The notes: generated from the letters alone by a model not told the origin. A stretch of 64,000 nt of DNA from Ranitomeya imitator (GCF_032444005.1 NC_091283.1:23870001-23934000); one strand, 5' to 3'; counted from the stretch's first letter, positions 47,465-61,120 are shown. Made by a program: numbers and translations.

Positions 47465-50400
47465 CTAGCGGTGAGTGTACATATATATCTGTGTATTAGT
47501 GGTGCCGTGTGTATATATCTGTGTATTAGTGGTGCCGTGTGTATATATCTGTGTATTAGCTCTGCTGTGTGTATATATCTGTGTATTAGCGGTGCTGTGT
47601 GTATATATCTGTGTATTAGCTCTGCTGTGTGTATATATCTGTGTATTAGTGGTGCCGTGTGTATATATCTGTGTATTAGTGGTGCCGTGTGTATATATCT
47701 GTGTATTAGCGGTGCCGTGTGTATATATCTGTGTATTAGTGGTGCCGTGTGTATATATCTGTGTATTAGTGGTGCCGTGTGTATATATCTGTGTATTAGC
47801 GGTGCTGTGTGTATATATCTGTGTATTAGTGGTGCCGTGTGTATATATCTGTGTATTAGTGGTGCCGTGTGTATATATCTGTGTATTAGTGGTGCCGTGT
47901 GTATATATCTGTGTATTAGTGGTGCCGTGTGTATATATCTGTGTATTAGTGGTGCCGTGTGTATATATCTGTGTATTAGCGGTGCTGTGTATATATATCT
48001 GTGTATTAGTGGTGCTGTGTGTATATATCTGTGTATTAGCTCTGCTGTGTGTATATATCTGTGTATTAGTGGTGCCGTGTGTATATATCTGTGTATTAGC
48101 TCTGCTGTGTGTATATATCTGTGTATTAGTGGTGCTGTGTGTATATATCTGTGTATTAGCTCTGCTGTGTGTATATATCTGTGTATTAGTGGTGCCGTGT
48201 GTATATATCTGTGTATTAGCGGTGCTGTGTGTATATATCTGTGTATTAGTGGTGCCGTGTGTATATATCTGTGTATTAGCTCTGCTGTGTGTATATATCT
48301 GTGTATTAGCGGTGCTGTGTGTATATATCTGTGTATTAGCGGTGCTGTGTGTATATATCTGTGTATTAGCTCTGCTGTGTGTATATATCTGTGTATTAGC
48401 TCTGCTGTGTGTATATATCTGTGTACTAGCGGTGCTGTGTGTATATATCTGTGTATTAGCTCTGCTGTGTGTATATATCTGTGTATTAGCTCTGCTGTGT
48501 GTATATATCTGTGTATTAGCTCTGCTGTGTGTATATATCTGTGTATTAGCTCTGCTGTGTGTATATATCTGTGTATTAGCTCTGCTGTGTGTATATATCT
48601 GTGTATTAGCTCTGCTGTGTGTATATATCTGTGTATTAGCTCTGCTGTGTGTATATATCTGTGTATTAGCTCTGCTGTGTGTATATATCTGTGTATTAGC
48701 GGTGCTGTGTGTATATATCTGTGTATTAGCGGTGCTGTGTGTATATATCTGTGTATTAGCTCTGCTGTGTGTATATATCTGTGTATTAGTGGTGCTGTGT
48801 GTATATATCTGTGTATTAGCTCTGCTGTGTGTATATATCTGTGTATTTGTGGTGCCGTGTGTATATATCTGTGTATTAGCGGTGCTGTGTGTATATATCT
48901 GTGTATTAGTGGTGCCGTGTGTATATATCTGTGTATTAGCTCTGCTGTGTGTATATATCTGTGTATTAGCTCTGCTGTGTGTATATATCTGTGTATTAGC
49001 TCTGCTGTGTGTATATATCTGTGTATTAGTGGTGCCGTGTGTATATATCTGTGTATTAGCTCTGCTGTGTGTATATATCTGTGTATTAGCTCTGCTGTGT
49101 GTATATATCTGTGTATTAGTGGTGCCGTGTGTATATATCTGTGTATTAGCTCTGCTGTGTGTATATATCTGTGTATTAGCTCTGCTGTGTGTATATATCT
49201 GTGTATTAGCTCTGCTGTGTGTATATATCTGTGTATTAGCTCTGCTGTGTGTATATATCTGTGTATTAGCTCTGCTGTGTGTATATATCTGTGTATTAGC
49301 GGTGCCGTGTGTATATATCTGTGTATTAGCTCTGCTGTGTGTATATATCTGTGTATTAGTGGTGCCGTGTGTATATATCTGTGTATTAGCTCTGCTGTGT
49401 GTATATATCTGTGTATTAGTGGTGCCGTGTGTATATATCTGTGTATTAGCTCTGCTGTGTGTATATATCTGTGTATTAGCTCTGCTGTGTGTATATATCT
49501 GTGTATTAGCTCTGCTGTGTGTATATATCTGTGTATTAGCGGTGCTGTGTGTATATATCTGTGTATTAGCTCTGCTGTGTGTATATATCTGTGTATTAGC
49601 TCTGCTGTGTGTATATATCTGTATTAGCGGTGCTGTGTGTATATATCTGTGTATTAGCGGTGCTGTGTGTATATATCTGTGTATTAGCTCTGCTGTGTGT
49701 ATATATCTGTGTATTAGCTCTGCTGTGTGTATATATCTGTGTATTAGCTCTGCTGTGTGTATATATCTGTGTATTAGCTCTGCTGTGTGTATATATCTGT
49801 GTATTAGTGGTGCCGTGTGTATATATCTGTGTATTAGCTCTGCTGTGTGTATATATCTGTGTATTAGCTCTGCTGTGTGTATATATCTGTGTATTAGCTC
49901 TGCTGTGTGTATATATCTGTGTATTAGCGGTGCTGTGTGTATATATCTGTGTATTAGCGGTGCCGTGTGTATATATCTGTGTATTAGCTCTGCTGTGTGT
50001 ATATATCTGTGTATTAGCTCTGCTGTGTGTATATATCTGTGTATTAGCTCTGCTGTGTGTATATATCTGTGTATTAGCTCTGCTGTGTGTATATATCTGT
50101 GTATTAGCTCTGCTGTGTGTATATATCTGTGTATTAGCTCTGCTGTGTGTATATATCTGTGTATTAGCTCTGCTGTGTGTATATATCTGTGTATTAGCTC
50201 TGCTGTGTGTATATATCTGTGTATTAGCTCTGCTGTGTGTATATATCTGTGTATTAGCTCTGCTGTGTGTATATATCTGTGTATTAGCTCTGCTGTGTGT
50301 ATATATCTGTGTATTAGCTCTGCTGTGTGTATATATCTGTGTATTAGCTCTGCTGTGTGTATATATCTGTGTATTAGCTCTGCTGTGTGTATATATCTGT

Positions 50401-53400
50401 GTATTAGCGGTGCTGTGTGTATATATCTGTGTATTAGCGGTGCTGTGTGTATATATCTGTGTATTAGCGGTGCTGTGTGTATATATCTGTGTATTAGCGG
50501 TGCTGTGTGTATATATCTGTGTATTAGTGGTGCTGTGTGTATATATCTGTGTATTAGCTCTGCTGTGTGTATATATCTGTGTATTAGCGGTGCTGTGTGT
50601 ATATATCTGTGTATTAGCGGTGCTGTGTGTATATATCTGTGTATTAGCTCTGCTGTGTGTATATATCTGTGTATTAGCTCTGCTGTGTGTATATATCTGT
50701 GTATTAGCTCTGCTGTGTGTATATATCTGTGTATTAGCGGTGCTGTGTGTATATATCTGTGTATTAGCGGTGCTGTGTGTATATATCTGTGTATTAGTGG
50801 TGCTGTGTGTATATATCTGTGTATTAGCTCTGCTGTGTGTATATATCTGTGTATTAGCGGTGCTGTGTGTATATATCTGTGTATTAGCGGTGCTGTGTGT
50901 ATATATCTGTGTATTAGCTCTGCTGTGTGTATATATCTGTGTATTAGCTCTGCTGTGTGTATATATCTGTGTATTAGCTCTGCTGTGTGTATATATCTGT
51001 GTATTAGCGGTGCTGTGTGTATATATCTGTGTATTAGCTCTGCTGTGTGTATATATCTGTGTATTAGCTCTGCTGTGTGTATATATCTGTGTATTAGCTC
51101 TGCTGTGTGTATATATCTGTGTATTAGCTCTGCTGTGTGTATATATCTGTGTATTAGCTCTGCTGTGTGTATATATCTGTGTATTAGCGGTGCTGTGTGT
51201 ATATATCTGTGTATTAGCTCTGCTGTGTGTATATATCTGTGTATTAGCTCTGCTGTGTGTATATATCTGTGTATTAGCTCTGCTGTGTGTATATATATGT
51301 GTATTAGCTCTGCTGTGTGTATATATCTGTGTATTAGCTCTGCTGTGTGTATATATCTGTGTATTAGCTCTGCTGTGTGTATATATCTGTGTATTAGCGG
51401 TGCTGTGTGTATATATCTGTGTATTAGCTCTGCTGTGTGTATATATCTGTGTATTAGCGGTGCTGTGTGTATATATCTGTGTATTAGCGGTGCTGTGTGT
51501 ATATATCTGTGTATTAGCGGTGCTGTGTGTATATATCTGTGTATTAGCTCTGCTGTGTGTATATATCTGTGTATTAGCGGTGCTGTGTGTATATATCTGT
51601 GTATTAGCTCTGCTGTGTGTATATATCTGTGTATTAGCTCTGCTGTGTGTATATATCTGTGTATTAGCTCTGCTGTGTGTATATATCTGTGTATTAGCTC
51701 TGCTGTGTGTATATATCTGTGTATTAGCTCTGCTGTGTGTATATATCTGTGTATTAGCTCTGCTGTGTGTATATATCTGTGTATTAGCTCTGCTGTGTGT
51801 ATATATCTGTGTATTAGCTCTGCTGTGTGTATATATCTGTGTATTAGCTCTGCTGTGTGTATATATCTGTGTATTAGCTCTGCTGTGTGTATATATCTGT
51901 GTATTAGCTCTGCTGTGTGTATATATCTGTGTATTAGCTCTGCTGTGTGTATATATCTGTGTATTAGCGGTGCTGTGTGTATATATCTGTGTATTAGCTC
52001 TGCTGTGTGTATATATCTGTGTATTAGCTCTGCTGTGTGTATATATCTGTGTATTAGCTCTGCTGTGTGTATATATCTGTGTATTAGCTCTGCTGTGTGT
52101 ATATATCTGTGTATTAGCGGTGCTGTGTGTATATATCTGTGTATTAGCGGTGCTGTGTGTATATATCTGTGTATTAGCTCTGCTGTGTGTATATATCTGT
52201 GTATTAGCGGTGCTGTGTGTATATATCTGTGTATTAGCTCTGCTGTGTGTATATATCTGTGTATTAGCTCTGCTGTGTGTATATATCTGTATTAGCGGTG
52301 CTGTGTGTATATATCTGTGTATTAGCGGTGCTGTGTGTATATATCTGTGTATTAGCTCTGCTGTGTGTATATATCTGTGTATTAGCTCTGCTGTGTGTAT
52401 ATATCTGTGTATTAGCTCTGCTGTGTGTATATATCTGTGTATTAGTGGTGCCGTGTGTATATATCTGTGTATTAGCTCTGCTGTGTGTATATATCTGTGT
52501 ATTAGCTCTGCTGTGTGTATATATCTGTGTATTAGCTCTGCTGTGTGTATATATCTGTGTATTAGCTCTGCTGTGTGTATATATCTGTGTATTAGTGGTG
52601 CCGTGTGTATATATCTGTGTATTAGCTCTGCTGTGTGTATATATCTGTGTATTAGCTCTGCTGTGTGTATATATCTGTGTATTAGCTCTGCTGTGTGTAT
52701 ATATCTGTGTATTAGCGGTGCCGTGTGTATATATCTGTGTATTAGCGGTGCCGTGTGTATATATCTGTGTATTAGCTCTGCTGTGTGTATATATCTGTGT
52801 ATTAGCTCTGCTGTGTGTATATATCTGTGTATTAGCTCTGCTGTGTGTATATATCTGTGTATTAGCTCTGCTGTGTGTATATATCTGTGTATTAGCTCTG
52901 CTGTGTGTATATATCTGTGTATTAGCTCTGCTGTGTGTATATATCTGTGTATTAGCTCTGCTGTGTGTATATATCTGTGTATTAGCTCTGCTGTGTGTAT
53001 ATATCTGTGTATTAGCTCTGCTGTGTGTATATATCTGTGTATTAGCTCTGCTGTGTGTATATATCTGTGTATTAGCTCTGCTGTGTGTATATATCTGTGT
53101 ATTAGCTCTGCTGTGTGTATATATCTGTGTATTAGCGGTGCTGTGTGTATATATCTGTGTATTAGCGGTGCTGTGTGTATATATCTGTGTATTAGCGGTG
53201 CTGTGTGTATATATCTGTGTATTAGCGGTGCTGTGTGTATATATCTGTGTATTAGCGGTGCTGTGTGTATATATCTGTGTATTAGCGGTGCTGTGTGTAT
53301 ATATCTGTGTATTAGCGGTGCTGTGTGTATATATCTGTGTATTAGCGGTGCTGTGTGTATATATCTGTGTATTAGCTCTGCTGTGTGTATATATCTGTGT

Positions 53401-53865
53401 ATTAGCTCTGCTGTGTGTATATATCTGTGTATTAGCTCTGCTGTGTGTATATATCTGTGTATTAGCTCTGCTGTGTGTATATATCTGTGTATTAGCGGTG
53501 CTGTGTGTATATATCTGTGTATTAGCGGTGCTGTGTGTATATATCTGTGTATTAGCTCTGCTGTGTGTATATATCTGTGTATTAGCTCTGCTGTGTGTAT
53601 ATATCTGTGTATTAGCTCTGCTGTGTGTATATATATGTGTATTAGCTCTGCTGTGTGTATATATCTGTGTATTAGCTCTGCTGTGTGTATATATCTGTGT
53701 ATTAGCGGTGCTGTGTGTATATATCTGTGTATTAGCTCTGCTGTGTGTATATATCTGTGTATTAGCTCTGCTGTGTGTATATATCTGTGTATTAGCTCTG
53801 CTGTGTGTATATATCTGTGTATTAGCTCTGCTGTGTGTATATATCTGTGTATTAGCGGTGCTGCC
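47465..53865. repeat. ~6.4-kb homogeneous 30-bp minisatellite (gtgtattagctctgctgtgtgtatatatct), RTN2 intron 1
   Basis: About 210 units with ctct/cggt/tggt variants. Confidence 0.97.
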
Positions 53866-53923
53866 TGTGTGTTTGTAAAAATTAGCGTCTATGGTAATGA
53901 AGCAGTAAATTAGCTCAAGTACC

Positions 53924-54260
53924 TGTGTGGGGGCGGTGCCTGTGTGGGGGCGGTGCCTGTGTGGGGGCGGTGCCGTGCAGGTGCCTGTGTGGGGGCGGTG
54001 CCTGTGTGGGGGCGGTGCCTGTGTGGGGGCGGTGCCGTGCAGGTGCCTGTATGGGGGCGGTGCCTGTGTGGGGGCGGTGCCGTGCAGGTGCCTGTGTGGG
54101 GGCGGTGCCTGTGTGGGGGCGGTGCCGTGCAGGTGCCTGTGTGGGGGCGGTGCCTGTGTGGGGGCGGTGCCGTGCAGGTGCCTGTGTGGGGGCGGTGCCT
54201 GTGTGGGGGCGGTGCCGTGCAGGTGCCTGTATGGGGGCGGTGCCTGTGTGGGGGCGGAGC
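53924..54260 (+). repeat. G-rich 17-bp repeat (gtgggggcggtgcctgt)
   Basis: Visible tandem GGGGG-containing units. Confidence 0.92.
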
Positions 54261-54351
54261 CTGCATGGAGGCGGTTGGACTCGTGCATTCAAATAAAACT
54301 TACCCCCAAATTATCCAAATTGTGCCTGTAATGTCTGTGTTTCTCCTGCAG

Positions 54352-54402
54352 AGGACGCTCCATCCACTGCCTCCAGCACCCCGGACTCCTGCCCTCCAGA
54401 TG
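54352..54402 (+). CDS. rtn2: RTN2 exon 2: KDAPSTASSTPDSCPPD
   Basis: ctcctgcag|AG ... ATG|gtaaag, phase 1 to 1. Human equivalent KEAPSTASSTPDS. Confidence 0.92.
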
Positions 54403-54645
54403 GTAAAGACTCCATGTGTATGTGTGTCCTCTAAACTAGTCACATGACATGCACTATTGATTTGTAGCCCCGCCCCTTCTTAGTGGCCCCTCAGCTCACG
54501 TTTTCAAAAACTTTCAGGTAAAATGAAAGCTGCACTGTGATTGGTTGCTCTGGGCACCAATGGCCGCTGTACTGACAGATGAGGGCCTGTCATGAAGCCA
54601 CATGGTCAGTGCCGCTCTGATTCTACCATCTTGTCTTTGTTGTAG

Positions 54646-54951
54646 GTGACCTCGATGATGCCACGGTGACCCTGGCTGATCTGTGGCCCTTACCTTCACC
54701 TCAGGAGCCAACCTTCTCCTACATTACCATTGGCAGCTCAGCCCCATTAACTCGTCCCACAGTTAGGGCCCGAAGAGGACGGGGTCTGAGCCGAGGACAG
54801 TTACCAAGGAAACAGGAACCAGAAGAGGAGACTGTGACCTATGTTCTTTTGGAGAAGGCGTGTCAGATCACACAAGCCCTGCCCCCGAGGAACTATGAGG
54901 AACAGACGCTAGTGGAGAAGCCCCAGCCAAGAGTATCAGGGATCACAATGG
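54646..54951 (+). CDS. rtn2: RTN2 exon 3 (contains PQEPTFSYITI)
   Basis: tttgttgtag|GT ... ATGG|gtgaga, phase 1 to 1, open frame. TFSYI motif of RTN2. Confidence 0.82.
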
Positions 54952-54967
54952 GTGAGACATATATAAT

Positions 54968-57900
54968 GCAGGAGGTAATGTAATGTATGTACACAGTGAC
55001 TGCACCAGCAGAATAGTGAGTGCAGCTCTGGAGTATAATACAGGATGTAACTCAGGATCAGTAATGTAATGTATGTACACAGTGACTGCACCAGCAGAAT
55101 AGTGAGTGCAGCTCTGGAGTATAATACAGGATGTAACTCAGGATTAGTAATGTAATGTATGTACACAGTGACTGCACCAGCAGAATAGTGAGTGCAGCTC
55201 TGGAGTATAATACAGGATGTAACTCAGGATTAGTAATGTAATGTATGTACACAGTGACTGCACCAGCAGAATAGTGAGTGCAGCTCTGAGGTATAATACA
55301 GGATGTAACTCAGGATCAGTAATGTAATGTATGTACACAGTGACTGCACCAGCAGAATAGTGAGTGCAGCTCTGGGGTATAATACAGGATGTAACTCAGG
55401 ATCAGTAATGTAATGTATGTACACAGTGACTGCACCAGCAGAATAGTGAGTGCAGCTCTGGAGTATAATACAGGATGTAACTCAGGATCAGTAATGTAAT
55501 GTATGTACACAGTGACTGCACCAGCAGAATAGTGAGTGCAGCTCTGGAGTATAATACAGGATGTAACTCAGGATCAGTAATGTAATGTATGTACACAGTG
55601 ACTGCACCAGCAGAATAGTGAGTGCAGCTCTGGAGTATAATGCAGAATGTAACCCAGGATCAGTAATGTAATGTGTGTGCACAGTGACTGCACCAGCAGA
55701 ATAGTGAGTGCAGCTCTGGAGTATAATGCAGAATGTAACTCAGGATCAGTAATGTAATGTATGTGCACAGTGACTGCACCAGCAGAATAGTGAGTGCAGC
55801 TCTAGGGCATAATACAGGATGTAACTCAGGATCAGTAATGTAATGTATGTACACAGTGACTGCACCAGCAGAATAGTGAGTGCAGCTCTGGAGTATAATG
55901 CCGAATGTAACTCAGGATCAGTAATGTAATGTATGTACACAGTGGCTGCACCAGCAGAATAGTGAGTGCAGCTCTGGGGTATAATACAGGATGTAACTCA
56001 GGATCAGTAATGTAATGTGTGTACACAGTGACTGCACCAGCAGAATAGTGAGTGCAGCTCTAGGGCATAATACAGGATGTAACTCAGGATCAGTAATGTA
56101 ATGTATGTACACAGTGACTGCATGAGCGAAATAGTGAGTGCAGCTCTGGAGTATAATACAGGAGGTAACTCCGGATCAGTAATGTAATGTATGTACACAG
56201 TGACTGCACCAGCAGAATAGTGAGTGCAGCTCTGGGGTATAATACAGGATGTAACTCAGGATCAGTAATGTAATGTGTGTACACAGTGACTGCACCAGCA
56301 GAATAGTGAGTGCAGCTCTAGGGCATAATACAGGATGTAACTCAGGATCAGTAATGTAATGTATGTACACAGTGACTGCATGAGCGAAATAGTGAGTGCA
56401 GCTCTGGGGTATAATACAGGATGTAACTCAGGATCAGTAATGTAATGTATGTACACAGTGACTGCACCAGCAGAATAGTGAGTGCAGCTCTGGAGTATAA
56501 TACAGGATGTAACTCAGGATCAGTAATGTAATGTATGTACACAGTGACTGCACCAGCAGAATAGTGAGTGCAGCTCTAGGGCATAATACAGGATGTAACT
56601 CAGGATCAGTAATGTAATGTATGTACACAGTGACTGCATGAGCGAAATAGTGAGTGCAGCTCTGGAGTATAATACAGGAGGTAACTCCGGATCAGTAATG
56701 TAATGTATGTACACAGTGACTGCACCAGCAGAATAGTGAGTGCAGCTCTGGGGTATAATACAGGATGTAACTCAGGATCAGTAATGTAATGTGTGTACAC
56801 AGTGACTGCACCAGCAGAATAGTGAGTGCAGCTCTAGGGCATAATACAGGATGTAACGCAGGATCAGTAATGTAATGTATGTACACAGTGACTGCATGAG
56901 CGAAATAGTGAGTGCAGCTCTGGAGTATAATACAGGATGTAACTCCGGATCAGTAATGTATGTACACAGTGACTGCACCAGCAGAACAGTGAGTGCAGCT
57001 CTGGGGTATAATACAGGATGTAACTCCGGACCAGTAATGTAATGTATGTACACAGTGACTGCACCAGCAGAATAGTGAGTGCAGCTCTGGGGTATAATAC
57101 AGGATGTAACTCAGGATCAGTAATGTAATGTATGTACACAGTGACTGCACCAGCAGAATAGTGAGTGCAGCTCTGGAGTATAATACAGGATGTAACTCCG
57201 GATCAGTAATGTAATGTATGTACACAGTGACTGCACCAGCAGAACAGTGAGTGCAGCTCTGGGGTATAATACAGGATGTAACTCCGGACCAGTAATGTAA
57301 TGTATGTACACAGTGACTGCACCAGCAGAATAGTGAGTGCAGCTCTGGAGTATAATACAGGATATAACTCAGGATCAGTAATGTATGTACACAGTGACTG
57401 CACCAGCAGATAAGTGAGTGCAGCTCTGGGGTATAATACAAGAGATAACTCAGGATCAGTAATGTAATGTATGTACACAGTGACTGCACCAGCAGAATAG
57501 TGAGCGCAGCTCTGGAGGATAATACAGGAGGTAACTCAGGATCAGTAATGTAATGTATGTACACAGTGACTGCACCAGCAGAATAGTGAGTGCAGCTCTG
57601 GGGTATAATACAGGATGTAACTCAGGATCAGTAATGTAATGTATGTACACAGTGACTGCACCAGCAGAATAGTGAGTGCAGCTCTGGGGTATAATACAGG
57701 ATGTAACTCAGGATCAGTAATGTAATGTATGTACACAGTGACTGCACCAGCAGAATAGGGAGTGCAGCTCTGGAGTATAATACAAGATGTAACTCAGGAT
57801 CAGTAATGTAATGTATGTACACAGTGACTGCACCAGCAGAATAGGGAGTGCAGCTCTGGAGTATAATACAAGATGTAACTCAGGATCAGTAATGTAATGT

Positions 57901-58020
57901 ATGTACACAGTGACTGGACCAGCAGAATAGAGGGTGCAGCTCTGGGGTATAATACAGGATGTAACTCAGGATCAGTAATGTAATGAATGTACACAGCGAC
58001 TGCAGAACAGTGAGTGCAGC
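54968..58020. repeat. 86-bp satellite (gtaatgtaatgtatgtacacagtgactgcaccagcagaatagtgagtgcagctctggagtataatacaggatgtaactcaggatca)
   Basis: Period 86, also shown by the 86-bp offsets of the repeated 64-aa ORFs. Decayed inverted relatives at about 22680-22910. Confidence 0.97.
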
Positions 58021-58618
58021 TGTGGAGTATGGTGCAGATTTTATATATGTTGGTTCCTCGTTATCAGTTATTATACACAGTGTTCATATGTCTGGTATAT
58101 GGGGACAGATACAATGGCTTTCTCCTGGCTCGCCCTCCATTGTTGCAGCTTATCGCCCCCTGCGGTCTGTGATCTCTATAAGCTGCCAGCTTTGTATTAA
58201 GGCTTCTGTGAATGAGGGGAATCTCTGGCTGCAGTTCTCACCTCTCCCAGCTGGGCCAGGAGGTGGGATAATGGAGGTGATTTATGGGGTCCTCCTTTTG
58301 TCCTTAGCTTCTTCACCAGTGCAGGAGCTGGGGGGGGGGGGGCACTTACTACTTTTCTGCCTTTACTTTGATAAAACTTTCTATAATATGTAAGTGCCGA
58401 ACCCCCCTCCCCCCCGGGGGCACGAGTCGCCCACTACAGCCGGTGTGGTGCTGGCATATGAGGGGCATGGAGTGGGCAGCAGCTGGCCCTGGGTGTGGAC
58501 AGCTGTTCTCCGTGGCTTTTTCTGGCCACAGTGGGGGGTTCTCAGGACAGAGGTTGTTGCTGTCTCAGGGGGGTTGTCCCTGTCCGTCTATATTTAGTGT
58601 CTTCTTCTTCCCTCACAG

Positions 58619-58696
58619 ACGCCGGTCGTAGAGACTCTCACCACCTGTCACCCCAGACCCGGAGCAGCTACCAGGAGGACACCATGAGGAAAGCGG
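58619..58696 (+). CDS. rtn2: RTN2 exon 4 (putative): DAGRRDSHHLSPQTRSSYQEDTMRKA
   Basis: cttccctcacag|AC ... GCGG|gtgagt, phase 1 to 1. Strong splice sites, little recognisable homology. Confidence 0.6.
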
Positions 58697-59289
58697 GTGA
58701 GTGAGGGGTGGAGGCCGAGAATGGGGAAAAATGGGTACAAAAGGGACACATATGTCAGTCTCAGCGTGAGACCCCCCTACAGGACCAGGCTCCTCCACAG
58801 CCATGCCTGTCAGTTACAGTATCTGGGTCCCTCCTGTAAAATGGTCGGGGTCCCACAGCTCCCATCCACCACCCAGCAGCCCAATATGTGGGAAACGCAG
58901 GAAGGATCTTTTGAGGTTCACTTAATTCTGGAATCTGTAAGAGGTGGTAATTTGGTCTCCTTTATAGCTGATGGCCCTCCCTGGGGCCGAGGAACGGGGC
59001 TTGTGGAGTAGATGGGCCACATGTATTCATCTTATTACTTGCCAACTTGGTGGACGTGAAGCCAGGCCTGTGCCCCTGACTGCCCTGCTGCTCTGTAAGA
59101 CAGGAGTGTGGGGCCCCATCACTGATAGCCCAGTAGTGAAACTACTAATTATTACCCACATCCCTGGGATTATGTATCCGGTATAATATCAGTGTGATGT
59201 CATCACCCAGCGTCGCATGATAGAGGGCGAAGAGATCCACGCTCAGCGCAGTCTTCCTCCCGAGGAACAGTGGTGGATAATGACCATAT

Positions 59290-60480
59290 GCCCGTGCTGA
59301 CGCTTACCTCGCTCTCTGCGCCCGTGCTGACGCTTACCTCGCTCTCTGCGCCCGTGCTGATGCTTACCTCGCTCTCTGCGCCCGTGCTGACGCTTACCTC
59401 GCTCTCTGCACCCGTGCTGACGCTTACCTCGCTGTTTGCTGATGTCGACCTCGCTCTCTGTTCCTGTGCTAACGCTTACCTTACTCTCTGCTGACACTTT
59501 TCTCTCACATTCTGTGCCCCTGCTGACACTTACCTCGCTCTCTGCGCTCGTGCTGATGCTTTCCTCGCTGTCTGCACGCGTGCTGACGCTTACCTCTCTC
59601 TCTGCGCCCGTGCTGACGCTTACCTCGCTCTCTGCGCCCATTCTGACGCTTACCTCTCTCTCTGCGCCCGTGCTGACGCTCGCTCTCTGCGCCTGTGCTG
59701 ACGCTTACCTCGCTCTCTGTGCCCGTGCTGACGCTTACCTCGCTCTCTGTGCCCGTGCTGACGCTTACCTCGCTCTCTGTGCCCGTGCTGACGCTTACCT
59801 CGCTCTCTGTGCCCGTGCTGACGCTTACCTCGCTCTCTGTGCCCGTGCTGACGCTTACCTCGCTCTCTGCGCCCGTGCTGACGCTTACCTCGCTCTCTGC
59901 GCCCGTGCTGACGCTTACCTCGCTCTCTGTGCCCGTGCTGACGCTTACCTCGCTCTCTGCGCCCGTGCTGACGCTTACCTCGCTCTCTGCGCCCGTGCTG
60001 ACGCTTACCTCGCTCTCTGTGCCCGTGCTGACGCTTACCTCGCTCTCTGTGCCCGTGCTGACGCTTACCTCGCTCTCTGTGCCCGTGCTGACGCTTACCT
60101 CGCTCTCTGCGCCCGTGCTGACGCTTACCTCGCTCTCTGCGCCCGTGCTGACGCTTACCTCGCTCTCTGTGCCCGTGCTGACGCTTACCTCGCTCTCTGC
60201 GCCCGTGCTGACGCTTACCTCGCTCTCTGCGCCCGTGCTGACGCTTACCTCGCTCTCTGCGCCCGTGCTGACGCTTACCTCGCTCTCTGCGCCCGTGCTG
60301 ACGCTTACCTCGCTCTCTGCGCCCGTGCTGACGCTTACCTCGCTCTCTGTGCCCGTGCTGACGCTTACCTCGCTCTCTGCGCCCGTGCTGACGCTTACCT
60401 CGCTCTCTGTGCCTGTGCTAATCTCTACCTCACTTTCTGCACCTGTGCTGACCTCTACCTTGCTCTCTGCGACTGTGCTG
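59290..60480. repeat. 30-bp minisatellite (gtgctgacgcttacctcgctctctgcgccc) abutting an RTN2 3' splice site
   Basis: Visible tandem units with degenerate edges. Confidence 0.95.
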
Positions 60481-60507
60481 ACTCTTTCTTGCCTCTCTCT
60501 TTTTCAG

Positions 60508-60706
60508 TGGCAGACCTCTTATACTGGCGAGACATCACTCTCTCTGCCGGCTGTCTCACCGGTCTCACCGTGTGCCTGCTGTGCCTCATCCAGTTCAGTG
60601 TGATCAGCATCATCTCCTACTCCTGTCTCCTCGTCCTCAGCGCAACATTCATAATACGGCTCTACTGCAAACTCCTGAAGAAGGGGGACGGAATGAATCC
60701 CTTCCA
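60508..60706 (+). CDS. rtn2: RTN2 reticulon homology domain exon 1: VADLLYWRD...GDGMNPFQ
   Basis: ttttcag|TG ... CCA|gtgagt, phase 1 to 2. DLLYWRD and NPFQ reticulon motifs. Confidence 0.95.
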
Positions 60707-60981
60707 GTGAGTGCGGGGATATAACCAGCGGTCCGCTGTGGGGGCAGCTCAGCGTGAGCCGTGCGGTGTCAGTGTGTTGCTGTATGTAGCAGTGTCGGGG
60801 TTCTCAGCTTAGTGGGGTATCTTGTGCTCTTCGTGTATCAGCGTGCGCAGGAGACTTCAGAAATCTCATTCACTTCACTGGTTCTGTAAAACGCTGCGTT
60901 TTCTCCTGGACAATAAAACACAGAAAAACTGCAGCATGGGAACAGGCCCTTATAGTCTGATATCCGCTTTCCTCTCCTCAG

Positions 60982-61120
60982 GAAGTACCTGGACATGGAG
61001 CCCATTCTGCCGCCCCAGCAGGTGGAGGTGGTCGCTGCCCGTCTTATCGTTCTCGCCTCCACTGCGCTCTCCACCCTCCGCAGACTCTTCTTAGTGCAGG
61101 ACACAAAGGAGTCCCTGAAG
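60982..61120 (+). CDS. rtn2: RTN2 RHD exon 2: KYLDMEP...LRRLFLVQDTKESLK
   Basis: ctcctcag|G ... AAG|gtaaag. 139 nt, the canonical reticulon exon size. Confidence 0.95.

Noticed and set aside
47417-53913. Very long ORFs (736, 1606, 1434 aa) and similar repetitive ORFs at 10085-12108, 24285-25264, 35362-37005, 38397-40631, 59436-60603 and 62229-63267
   Set aside because: They are translations of stop-free minisatellite units, open in several frames and on both strands, and lie inside introns or intergenic arrays. Not protein-coding.
54936-57994. Series of near-identical 64-aa ORFs resembling a tandem gene array
   Set aside because: They are offset by exactly 86 bp and overlap each other; an artefact of the 86-bp satellite.
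58700-59270. A separate first exon for a short RTN2 isoform or an extra internal exon
   Set aside because: No ATG-plus-donor or acceptor-donor pair with the required phase 1 and an open frame could be identified with confidence.
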